Positions 18,092-26,799 of a stretch of DNA of 64,000 nt are shown one piece after another. Numbering within the stretch: position 1 is the first letter of the stretch; the number at the start of each line of letters is the position of its first letter. Origin of the DNA: Bacilli bacterium (GTDB lineage: Bacteria; Bacillota_I; Bacilli_A; RFN20; CAG-826). Location of the stretch: NCBI GenBank assembly GCA_024680795.1, contig JAILBR010000062.1, positions 44,825 to 108,824 on the forward strand, in the 5' to 3' direction. The notes under the pieces were generated by a model. It saw nothing but the letters and a program-made list of their open reading frames with translations. It searched no databases and was not told the DNA's origin. A program made the position numbers and the translations under genes.

Positions 18092-20683
18092 ATGCTCGAC
18101 AAAAGATATTCCCCAAAAATAGTGGAAGAAGGAAAATATGAGAATTGGAAATCCAAGGGTTATTTTACCGCTGGAGATAAATCAAAAGATCCATTCTCAA
18201 TCGTTATCCCTCCACCAAATGTAACTGGTAAGTTACATCTAGGTCATGCTTGGGATACAACAATTCAAGATATCATCGCTAGATATAAGAAGATGCAAGG
18301 TTATGATGTCCTTTGGCTACCAGGTATGGACCATGCCGGCATTGCTACACAAGCAAAGGTTATGGCTAAATTAGTCGATATGGGTATTGATGTTACCAAG
18401 ATAAGTAGAGAAGAATTCTTAAAATATGCTTGGGCTTGGAAAGAAGAATATGCAGAAAACATCCATAATCAATGGGCAAAGATGGGTTTAGCATTAGATT
18501 ATACTCGTGAAAGGTTCACCCTTGATGAAGGATTAAATTACGCGGTTAGAAAAGTCTTTATTGATTTATATAACAAAGGATTAATTTATCAAGGCGAAAG
18601 AATTATCTCTTGGGATCCAGTTCAACAAACCGCATTAAGTAACATTGAAGTTATCCACCAAGACGATGAAGGATATATGTATTATTTCAAATATCCAGTG
18701 GTGGATAGTGATGATTATTTAATCGTGGCGACAACTCGTCCAGAAACAATGTTTGGAGATGTGTGTGTCTGTGTTAATCCTAAAGATGAAAAATATACAA
18801 AATACCATGGAATGAAGGTTATTAATCCTGCAAATGGAGAGGCTCTTCCAATCATCGCTGATGACTATGTCGAAATCGGCTTTGGAACTGGAGCGATGAA
18901 ATGTACTCCTGCCCACGATCCAAATGACTTTATCATTGGCAAAAAATATCATTTAGAAATGCCAATCATTTTCAACAAAGACGCTACTATGAACGAGAAG
19001 TGTGGACAATATGCTGGTTTAGACCGCTTTGTTTGCCGTGAAAAACTCATTGAAAACATCAAAAAAGATGGCAACTTTGTCAAGCAAGAAAAGATTATTC
19101 ACGCAGTCGGACACTCCCAAAGAAATAACTGTATCGTTGAACCAATGTTATCAAAACAATGGTTTGTGAAAATGAAACCTCTTGCCGAAGCTGCAATCGC
19201 AAATCAAGATACAGAAATGAAGGTTAATTTTGTTCCTGCTAGATTTGAGCATACATTCTTACAATGGATGAATAATATTGAAGATTGGTGTATCTCTAGA
19301 CAGTTATGGTGGGGTCACCGTATTCCTGCTTATTACCATAAACAAACTGGCGAAATCGTTGTGAGCATGGATCCACCAAAAGACATTGAAAACTATGAAC
19401 AAGATCCAGATGTGCTAGATACATGGTTCTCTAGTGGTTTATGGCCATTCTCCACAATGGGCTGGCCTGAAGAGACTGATGATTTAAAGAGATATTTCCC
19501 AACCTCCGCTCTTGTGACAGGCTATGACATTATCTTCTTCTGGGTTTCTAGAATGATTTTCCAAACATTAAACGCAACTGGAAAAGCTCCATTTAAAGAT
19601 GTTGTTATTCATGGATTAGTTAGAGATGAGTTAGGTAGAAAAATGTCTAAATCTCTTGGCAATGGAGTTGACCCAATCGATGTTATCGATAAATACGGTG
19701 TCGATGCTTTAAGATATTTCTTAACTACAAACTCTACACCTGGACAAGATATGAGATATATCGATGAAAAAGTGGAAAGCAGCGCTAATTATTTGAATAA
19801 GATTTGGAATTCCGCGCGATACGTGTTAGGTATTTTACCTGAAAACTATCAACCAAAAGATCCAAGTGAGCTTCAACTATCACCTTTAGATAAGTGGGTG
19901 TTAAATCGTTTGATGATTACCATACAAAATGTGACAAACAACATGGAGAAATATGATTTTAACGCGGCGAGCAGCCACTTATATAACTTTGTCTATGATG
20001 ATTTCTGTTCGCAATATTTAGAGATGAGCAAAGTTGCTCTTTCTAGCGACGATCAAAATAAAAAAGAAGCCACATATGCGACGTTATACATGTGTTTAAA
20101 AGATATTATCTTATTAATTTATCCATATACTCCATTCATTGCTGAAGAGTTATACTTGAATCTTCCAAATCATCTTGAAAGTGTGATGGTCGAAAGCTAT
20201 CCAAAAGTGTATGATAAACTCTTAAACGACGAATCAGATAAAGAAATTAACCTCTTATTCAACGTGATTAAAGAGATAAGAAACTATAAGATTAGCAATA
20301 AACTTGCTCCAAATAAATCATTAGATTTATCAATCAATCTAAGAATCAAGGTAAGCGATGATTTTACGGTCTATTTAAAGAGATTTACTTTCTCAAATAT
20401 CAAATATGTCGGTGAAGAGATTATCAACTTATCTGGAGACCTTATCAGTTTAGATTATTGTGATATCTTGATTTCTAACGACAGCGATAAAGAAGAAATT
20501 ATCGAGAGAATTAAAAAGGACATCGAAACTGAACAAAAAGAAATCGAAAGATGTGAAAAGATGCTCAATAATCCAAACTTTATTGCCAAAGCTCCGCAAG
20601 AAAAGATTGAACAAGAAAAAGCTAAGTTAGAACTTCATAAAACTAATTTGATCAATTTGAATGAAAAATTGAAAAAAATATAA
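18092..20683 (+). CDS. valS: Valyl-tRNA synthetase
   Basis: Motifs 'PPPNVTGKLHLGHAW' (HIGH) and 'KMSKS'. 863 aa. Confidence 0.95.
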   Translation: MLDKRYSPKIVEEGKYENWKSKGYFTAGDKSKDPFSIVIPPPNVTGKLHLGHAWDTTIQDIIARYKKMQGYDVLWLPGMDHAGIATQAKVMAKLVDMGIDVTKISREEFLKYAWAWKEEYAENIHNQWAKMGLALDYTRERFTLDEGLNYAVRKVFIDLYNKGLIYQGERIISWDPVQQTALSNIEVIHQDDEGYMYYFKYPVVDSDDYLIVATTRPETMFGDVCVCVNPKDEKYTKYHGMKVINPANGEALPIIADDYVEIGFGTGAMKCTPAHDPNDFIIGKKYHLEMPIIFNKDATMNEKCGQYAGLDRFVCREKLIENIKKDGNFVKQEKIIHAVGHSQRNNCIVEPMLSKQWFVKMKPLAEAAIANQDTEMKVNFVPARFEHTFLQWMNNIEDWCISRQLWWGHRIPAYYHKQTGEIVVSMDPPKDIENYEQDPDVLDTWFSSGLWPFSTMGWPEETDDLKRYFPTSALVTGYDIIFFWVSRMIFQTLNATGKAPFKDVVIHGLVRDELGRKMSKSLGNGVDPIDVIDKYGVDALRYFLTTNSTPGQDMRYIDEKVESSANYLNKIWNSARYVLGILPENYQPKDPSELQLSPLDKWVLNRLMITIQNVTNNMEKYDFNAASSHLYNFVYDDFCSQYLEMSKVALSSDDQNKKEATYATLYMCLKDIILLIYPYTPFIAEELYLNLPNHLESVMVESYPKVYDKLLNDESDKEINLLFNVIKEIRNYKISNKLAPNKSLDLSINLRIKVSDDFTVYLKRFTFSNIKYVGEEIINLSGDLISLDYCDILISNDSDKEEIIERIKKDIETEQKEIERCEKMLNNPNFIAKAPQEKIEQEKAKLELHKTNLINLNEKLKKI

Positions 20684-20689
20684 AGGGAA

Positions 20690-20714
20690 GTAAGACCATT
20701 TGGTCTTATTTTTC
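20690..20714 (+). terminator. Rho-independent terminator after valS
   Basis: Stem aagaccat/tggtctt followed by ATTTTT. Confidence 0.7.
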
Positions 20715-20909
20715 TTTATTAAAAATTTTTGGTCATAAAATCAAAAAAACTCCCTATTAGTTTAATGAGAGGGGAAAAATGTCGCTAGATAAAATTCTCC
20801 AAATTCATATTCACTCAAGCTCAAAATGTTACCCCAAATCAAATCCGTTTTACTCAGAGCGTCTCCCAGTTTTTCCTCTCTCGCTTATCTTTTATAGGAG
20901 GGCATATCA

Positions 20910-21092
20910 ATGAAATACGAAATCATGACTGAAGAAGATCTTATTAGTCATACAAGCGGTGAAGCGATAACCTTATCAGCAGTTATGGCTATTCTTGCGG
21001 TTGCTGTTATTGCAGTAGTCGCATATCGCTTATTCATGTCGAACAAAGGCAGCGCTACAGTTCCTGGTGGTTGGAAGTTCACCTGGAATTAA
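20910..21092 (+). CDS. Small hypothetical single-TM protein (60 aa), translationally coupled to radC (TAATG overlap)
   Basis: Strong RBS TAGGAGGG 7 nt upstream. Hydrophobic core 'AITLSAVMAILAVAVIAVVAY'. Confidence 0.35.
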   Translation: MKYEIMTEEDLISHTSGEAITLSAVMAILAVAVIAVVAYRLFMSNKGSATVPGGWKFTWN

Positions 21093-21781
21093 TGAGCATA
21101 ATTAAAGAGCTTCCAGAATTAGATCGCCCACGAGAAAAGGCGTTACGATATGGCGTTAGTACTTTAACTGATACGGAACTATTATCGATTGTGCTAGGGA
21201 GTGGATATCATGGAGAAAATGTGAGAGAAATATCTAACAATATCATCGAACATTATCAAGGATTATTGGGACTTAGTAAAACCGATTATTATGACCTAAT
21301 CAAGTTTAAAGGAGTGAAACAAAGCAAAGCTTTAATCTTATCAAGCATATTTGAAATCCATAAACGCATATCGATCAAAGAACAGCAAAACGAAGAGGAA
21401 ATAGTAAACTCATATAATCTTTATAAGAAATACTACCCAATCGTGAAAGACGATACGCAAGAGATAATCATTCTTGTAATTCTCAATCGTAGAAAACGAA
21501 TCGTGTTTGAAACCACATTATATAAAGGTACAGAGAATGATGTAATCTTCTCCTATAAAGAAATATATAGATACTTAACAATTCACCGGGCACATTCATT
21601 TTATTTAATCCATACACACCCGAACAAAGAATCAAAACCATCACGAAAAGACATAGTCTTTACAATCGAACTTTTTAGAAGAGGAGAGCAGATGCAAATA
21701 CCAATGGAAGACCACATTATCATCGGTGATGATGGCTACTATTCATTTAAAGAATCGAAAAAAAATAACATTTCTTGTTGA
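21092..21781 (+). CDS. radC: RadC-like JAB/MPN domain protein (UPF0758)
   Basis: N-terminal HhH-like 'ELPELDRPREKALRYGVSTLTDTELLSIVLGSG' and the JAMM motif 'YLIHTHPN'. The ORF track start at 21071 is a TTG codon, so the ATG at 21092 is more likely. Confidence 0.8.
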   Translation: MSIIKELPELDRPREKALRYGVSTLTDTELLSIVLGSGYHGENVREISNNIIEHYQGLLGLSKTDYYDLIKFKGVKQSKALILSSIFEIHKRISIKEQQNEEEIVNSYNLYKKYYPIVKDDTQEIIILVILNRRKRIVFETTLYKGTENDVIFSYKEIYRYLTIHRAHSFYLIHTHPNKESKPSRKDIVFTIELFRRGEQMQIPMEDHIIIGDDGYYSFKESKKNNISC

Positions 21782-21917
21782 ACTAGAATTATAACTTATG
21801 TTATATTACATGCGTTGTCGCCTCACTAGCTACAACCGCATAGAAAAGGTTCTATAGAAAACTTCGGTTACCTTAATAGCGAGTCCTTAGTGAAATTTAT
21901 CTAAAAGGAGGGACATT

Positions 21918-22226
21918 ATGTACGCAATCATCGAAACAGGTGGAAAGCAAGTTCGCGTTGAAGTCGGCGCAAAAATCTATGTTGAAAAACTAGAAGCTGA
22001 AGTCAACTCAACTGTGACATTCGACAAAGTTCTTCTCGTTTCTGACAAGAAAGCTAAAGTTGGAACACCATACGTTGAAGGTGCAACCGTAGTTGCAAAA
22101 GTTGAAAAACAAGGTTTATCCAAAAAGATTCGTGTCTTTACTTACAAGAATAAGACAAACGAAAGACGCACAAAGGGTCATCGTCAACCTTATACTTGCT
22201 TAGTAGTCGAAGCAATCAACGCTTAA
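21918..22226 (+). CDS. rplU: 50S ribosomal protein L21
   Basis: '[17 protein letters not shown]'. 102 aa. Confidence 0.95.
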   Translation: MYAIIETGGKQVRVEVGAKIYVEKLEAEVNSTVTFDKVLLVSDKKAKVGTPYVEGATVVAKVEKQGLSKKIRVFTYKNKTNERRTKGHRQPYTCLVVEAINA

Positions 22227-22248
22227 TCGCGAATCAAATCGAGGTTAC

Positions 22249-22605
22249 ATGGTCAAAGTAGTTATTACTAGAGACGCTTGTCAAAAAAACAGTTTAGGAA
22301 AAAATAAAATTCTTTCCATCGCTGTCAAGGGACACGCCAATAGCGCTCCTTATGGTCAAGATCTTGTTTGTGCAGCAGTTAGTTCAATCCTTACTGGTGG
22401 TGCAAATGCACTTTTAGAAGGATACGAAGCAAATCCAAATTTCAAGGTAATCTTGGATGAAGGAAACGCATTAATTGAGCGCACCAACGAAATTGATGTA
22501 AGTGATAATCAAGAAACTGTCTTAGAAACAATCGCAATCATGTTAAAAACCATCGAAGAATCTTACTCGAAATTTATCAAGATCGAGGAAAAATCAAAAA
22601 ACTAA
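22249..22605 (+). CDS. prp: Ribosomal-processing cysteine protease Prp (YsxB)
   Basis: Motifs '[21 protein letters not shown]'. Position between rplU and rpmA. Confidence 0.8.
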   Translation: MVKVVITRDACQKNSLGKNKILSIAVKGHANSAPYGQDLVCAAVSSILTGGANALLEGYEANPNFKVILDEGNALIERTNEIDVSDNQETVLETIAIMLKTIEESYSKFIKIEEKSKN

Positions 22606-22613
22606 AAGAAAGG

Positions 22614-22907
22614 ATGAATCACATTATGATGTTTAAATTAAATTTGCAACTCTTTGCTTCTAAAAAGGGTGTTGGTTCTACAAAGAACGGCCGTGATTCT
22701 GCTGGACGTAGATTAGGTGCTAAAGTCGCCGACGGACAATGGTGCCACGCTGGTAGCATTATCTATCGTCAAAGAGGTACTCGTATCTATCCAGGAGAAA
22801 ACACCAAAATCGGAAAGGATGACACAATCTTTGCTACTGCAAATGGTGTTGTCAAATACGAACGTTTAGGTAAAGACCGTAAAATTGTTCGTGTTATCGC
22901 CGATTAA
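22614..22907 (+). CDS. rpmA: 50S ribosomal protein L27 with an N-terminal propeptide (Prp cleavage motif LQLFASKKG). The start may be the ATG at 22629.
   Basis: '[16 protein letters not shown]' is the L27 core. The N-terminal extension is typical of Firmicutes and Mollicutes. Confidence 0.9.
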   Translation: MNHIMMFKLNLQLFASKKGVGSTKNGRDSAGRRLGAKVADGQWCHAGSIIYRQRGTRIYPGENTKIGKDDTIFATANGVVKYERLGKDRKIVRVIAD

Positions 22908-22927
22908 TTAGCAAAACATTTGTTCAA

Positions 22928-22959
22928 AAAAGACCACAAATAATATGTGGTCTTTTATT
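22928..22959 (+). terminator. Rho-independent terminator after rpmA
   Basis: Stem aaagaccaca/tgtggtcttt followed by TATTT. Confidence 0.7.
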
Positions 22960-22984
22960 TATATTTATAATATAATAACTATGT

Positions 22985-24262
22985 ATGTTTATCGATCGAG
23001 CAATTATTGAAGTCAGAAGTGGAAAAGGTGGCGATGGTGCCATCGCATTTAGACGTGAAAAATATATTGCAAAAGGTGGTCCTGCTGGTGGCAATGGAGG
23101 AAGAGGTGCCTCTATCTATTTAAGAGCCAATAGTAAGATTAATACTTTGTTTAATTTTAGACATTCCAAATGCTTCATCGGACCAGATGGTGAAAAAGGT
23201 GGAATCAAGAATCAATATGGCAAGTCCATGGAGGATGTCATCATTGATGTTCCACTAGGCACAGTAGTTTATGAAGAAGATGGACATAAATTTATAGGCG
23301 ATTTATCTACCGATGGTATGCTCTTAAGGGTAGCCAAAGGTGGAAGAGGTGGAAGAGGAAATACTTGCTTCAAGAGTTCAACAAACCGTGTGCCTCGCAT
23401 TGCTGAAAATGGTGAACCAGGTGAGAATAAACGTCTCATTTTAGAATTAAAATTACTTGCTGATGTTGGTTTAGTTGGTTTTCCAAGTGTTGGCAAATCA
23501 ACTCTATTATCTGTGGTCAGCAGCGCTAAACCAGAAATCGCTGATTATCCATTCACAACTATCATTCCTAATTTAGGAGTTGTATTTACAAAAGATCAAA
23601 GAAGTTTCGTTATGGCCGATCTTCCTGGCTTAATTGAAGGAGCTCATTTAGGCAAAGGCCTAGGTCTTCAATTCTTAAGACACATCGAAAGATGCCGTGT
23701 TATTGTTCATGTTTTAGATATGGGCCCAACCGGTAGAGATGTTGTTGAAGATTATCAAATCATTAATAACGAGCTTAAAGAATATGGGTTCGGATTAGAA
23801 AAACGTCCAATGGTTGTGGTGGCAAGTAAAATGGATGAAGAAGGGGCAAAAGAAAACCTTGAAAGATTCCAAAACGCGACAGGCATCGAGTGTTTTCCAA
23901 TTTCCGCACTTCTTGAAGAAGGAATTGATGCTTTGATATATAAGCTAGCAGACCTAGTTGAACAAACTCCATTATTCCCACTTTATGATGAAGAAAATGA
24001 AGAACTCGAAAACAAGGTTTATGAACTTCCTGAAGAAGAAAAAGAATTTGAAATTAAACACCCAGATCTTCATACTTGGGTTATCACTGGAGATAAAATC
24101 ATTAGATTTTACCGCATGACCAATATTTCTACAGATGAAGGTATGATGGTGTTATTAACTAGATTAAGAAAACTTAGAATCGATGATATATTAGAAGAAA
24201 TGGGGGCAGAAGATGGAGATACTGTCATCTTAGATGACTTTACCTTTGAGTTCTATCATTAA
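22985..24262 (+). CDS. obg: GTPase Obg
   Basis: Obg fold N-terminus 'MFIDRAIIEVRSGKGGDGAIAFRREKY...GGNGGRG' and G-domain 'GFPSVGKST'. 425 aa. Confidence 0.95.
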   Translation: MFIDRAIIEVRSGKGGDGAIAFRREKYIAKGGPAGGNGGRGASIYLRANSKINTLFNFRHSKCFIGPDGEKGGIKNQYGKSMEDVIIDVPLGTVVYEEDGHKFIGDLSTDGMLLRVAKGGRGGRGNTCFKSSTNRVPRIAENGEPGENKRLILELKLLADVGLVGFPSVGKSTLLSVVSSAKPEIADYPFTTIIPNLGVVFTKDQRSFVMADLPGLIEGAHLGKGLGLQFLRHIERCRVIVHVLDMGPTGRDVVEDYQIINNELKEYGFGLEKRPMVVVASKMDEEGAKENLERFQNATGIECFPISALLEEGIDALIYKLADLVEQTPLFPLYDEENEELENKVYELPEEEKEFEIKHPDLHTWVITGDKIIRFYRMTNISTDEGMMVLLTRLRKLRIDDILEEMGAEDGDTVILDDFTFEFYH

Positions 24263-24264
24263 TT

Positions 24265-25005
24265 ATGAAATTAGAAGAATATTTACATGTTATTGAAGAC
24301 TTTGTGAGAGATTATTTAAACGACTCACATATGGATAGATATGTCCTCGGCCTTTCTGGTGGCGTTGATTCTACTTTAGTAGCGGCTATTTGTCGTAAAG
24401 CGGTTGGCAAAGAAAGATTAATGTGTATCATGATGCCAATTGAATCTCGTCCAGAAGACTTAATTGACGCTAAAGAAGTGGCTAGACAACTAGATTTAGA
24501 TTATATCGTCATCGATGGAACTGAGATTTTCCATAAAGCCAAAGCCGAATTTGAGAACATCGGTATTGAACTTGATGTTGCCACTCTCGCTAATATGAAA
24601 GTTAGAATCAGAATGATTCTTTTATATGCGTACGCTCAAAAACATCGCGGTTTAGTCATCGGTACTGATAACGCAGATGAAAGATATACTGGCTATTTCA
24701 CCAAATATGGTGATGGCGGTGTTGATGTCTTACCAATCGTCCATTTATTAAAAAGAGAAGTGGTTGAAGCCTGCAAAATATATGGTGTCAGTGATGTTTT
24801 AGCAGAAAGAGTTCCTACTGCTGGCCTATTTGAAGGGCAAACTGATGAAACTGAAATGGGCATTTCTTATAAAGATTTAGATGATTATCTGATCGGAAAG
24901 CCAGTCAGTGATAAAGCAAAAGATAGAATTGAATATCTTCATCGTATCAGCGAACATAAACGCGCTGAATTACCAACCCCAAAACCATTTGAAAGAGATG
25001 AATAA
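24265..25005 (+). CDS. nadE: NH3-dependent NAD+ synthetase
   Basis: PP-loop motif 'GLSGGVDSTLVAA'. 246 aa. Confidence 0.9.
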   Translation: MKLEEYLHVIEDFVRDYLNDSHMDRYVLGLSGGVDSTLVAAICRKAVGKERLMCIMMPIESRPEDLIDAKEVARQLDLDYIVIDGTEIFHKAKAEFENIGIELDVATLANMKVRIRMILLYAYAQKHRGLVIGTDNADERYTGYFTKYGDGGVDVLPIVHLLKREVVEACKIYGVSDVLAERVPTAGLFEGQTDETEMGISYKDLDDYLIGKPVSDKAKDRIEYLHRISEHKRAELPTPKPFERDE

Positions 25006-25100
25006 TGAAAAATAAGTATTTCGATTTAACTTTGTTATCAGGTTTGCTAGCGTGCTTTTTCATGCTAGTCATCGTTTTACTTGTTGTTTTAGTTAATTAG
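25005..25100 (+). CDS. Possible 31-aa hydrophobic peptide (MKNKYFDLTLLSGLLACFFMLVIVLLVVLVN). The ATG overlaps the nadE stop (TAATG) and the stop codon lies inside the ruvA RBS.
   Basis: Not in the ORF track because it is under 60 aa. AT-rich DNA produces hydrophobic ORFs by chance, so this is a low-confidence call. Confidence 0.25.
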   Translation: MKNKYFDLTLLSGLLACFFMLVIVLLVVLVN

Positions 25101-25109
25101 GAGGTAGTT

Positions 25110-25664
25110 ATGATTTATTTTTTAAGAGGAAAAGTGGAAATTATTACTTCCGAATCAGTTATTTTAAATGTCCATGATGTCGGATACGAGTTTTTAGTGA
25201 GCCATGTTGAAGAATATCAAATTGGCGAAGAAGTCATGGTTTATACATATAATGTTGTTAGAGAAGATGATAATTATCTCGTCGGTTTTAAAGATTTAGA
25301 AGAAAAAGAAATCTTCCTCGCTCTTATTAGAGTGAAAGGATTAGGCCCAAAAACTGTTATCTTTGCTTTAAGTGCGACAAACCCTAGAGATGTTAAGAAC
25401 GCGATCGCTAGCAACAACGTTGCGTATTTGAAGAAACTCCCTGGTATTGGCGCTAAAGCAGCAGCCCAAATCATCCTTGACTTAAAAGGCGAACTCACTG
25501 GCGGTAGTAAAGGCGATCCAAAACAATATGAAGAAGTGTATGAAGCACTTCGTTCACTTGGTTTTAAAGGAGCAGCCATTGACCGTGTTTTAGCCACCAT
25601 TAATGAACCGAATTTATCAACCGAAGAAATACTTAGAATCGCATTATCGAGGTTAAAGAAATAA
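25110..25664 (+). CDS. ruvA: Holliday junction DNA helicase RuvA
   Basis: 'MIYFLRGKV...' with HhH motifs 'GLGPKT' and 'LPGIGAKAA'. RBS TAGGAGG. Confidence 0.9.
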   Translation: MIYFLRGKVEIITSESVILNVHDVGYEFLVSHVEEYQIGEEVMVYTYNVVREDDNYLVGFKDLEEKEIFLALIRVKGLGPKTVIFALSATNPRDVKNAIASNNVAYLKKLPGIGAKAAAQIILDLKGELTGGSKGDPKQYEEVYEALRSLGFKGAAIDRVLATINEPNLSTEEILRIALSRLKK

Positions 25665-26668
25665 TGAGTAGATTGTTAGACGCTACACCAAATGAAAAAG
25701 AAGATTCGTTAGATTCGTCGCTTCGTCCTTTGACATTAGCAGAATATGTTGGTCAAAAAGATTTGAAAGAAAATCTAAAGATTTTTATTGGTGCCGCTTT
25801 GCATAGAAACGAACCTTTAGACCACGTTCTTTTATATGGCCCTCCAGGCTTAGGAAAGACAACTTTAGCTCATGTCATCGCTCATGAAATGAACGCTAAT
25901 ATCAAAGTGGTAACTGGTACTACAATCGAAAAAACAGGAGACTTAGCCGCTATATTATCTGAGCTAGAACCTGGCGATATTCTCTTCATCGACGAAATTC
26001 ATAGACTTCCTCGAGTGGTTGAAGAATCTTTATATTCAGCCATGGAGGATTTTAGGTTTGATATCGTGATTTCTAGAGACATAAATAAGAAATCTATCTC
26101 GATTAATCTACCTCCTTTTACCCTTATTGGCGCCACTACAAGAGCAGGAGATTTATCCGCTCCATTAAGGACAAGATTTGGTATAACTGAAAAATTAAAC
26201 TTCTACACAGAAGAAGAAATTTGTCAGATTGTATCAAGAACTTCTCGAGTTCTTAAAACTGAAATTAGTGACGATGGGGCTAAAGAAATTGCCAAGCGTA
26301 GTCGTGGTACTCCTCGTATTGCTAACCGTTTATTTAAGCGTGTTAGAGACTTCGCAAATTATCAAGGAAAAGATAATGTAAACTATAACGACACCATCAA
26401 GGCTTTAACTGCTTTAAAAGTGGATCCAATTGGCTTAGATGATGTTGATATTAGATATTTAAGAACACTGATTGAAAGGTTTAAAGGTGGACCAGTTGGC
26501 CTAGATACTTTGGCTAACGCAATTGGTGAAGAAGTGATGAATTTGGAAGACGTTTATGAACCATATTTATTACAAATTGGTTTTATAGATCGAACCCCTC
26601 GTGGAAGGGTTGCTAGAGATAAAGCTTATAAGCATTTAGGCATCTCATATCAGCAAACATTATTTTAA
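25664..26668 (+). CDS. ruvB: Holliday junction DNA helicase RuvB
   Basis: Motifs '[14 protein letters not shown]' and 'FIDEIHR'. 334 aa. Confidence 0.95.
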   Translation: MSRLLDATPNEKEDSLDSSLRPLTLAEYVGQKDLKENLKIFIGAALHRNEPLDHVLLYGPPGLGKTTLAHVIAHEMNANIKVVTGTTIEKTGDLAAILSELEPGDILFIDEIHRLPRVVEESLYSAMEDFRFDIVISRDINKKSISINLPPFTLIGATTRAGDLSAPLRTRFGITEKLNFYTEEEICQIVSRTSRVLKTEISDDGAKEIAKRSRGTPRIANRLFKRVRDFANYQGKDNVNYNDTIKALTALKVDPIGLDDVDIRYLRTLIERFKGGPVGLDTLANAIGEEVMNLEDVYEPYLLQIGFIDRTPRGRVARDKAYKHLGISYQQTLF

Positions 26669-26673
26669 ATAAT

Positions 26674-26695
26674 GCCATCTTTTGATGGTTTTTTA
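26674..26695 (+). terminator. Probable terminator after ruvB
   Basis: Stem gccatc/gatggt (one G-U pair) followed by a T-tract. Confidence 0.45.
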
Positions 26696-26799
26696 CATGC
26701 ACGCGCACATAATAATTGCAAAAAGCTGCAGTTTGATGTATTTTATATGCTAGGCGCATGGCGCACGGATTTAGTAATAAATCTTAGGAGGTATCAGAA

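Noticed and set aside
20745-20775. Apparent hairpin ctccctattagtttaatgagagggg in the valS-radC spacer
   Set aside because: The arms do not actually base-pair when checked (CTCCCT versus AGAGGGG). It is more likely to be the SD region of the 44-aa upstream ORF.
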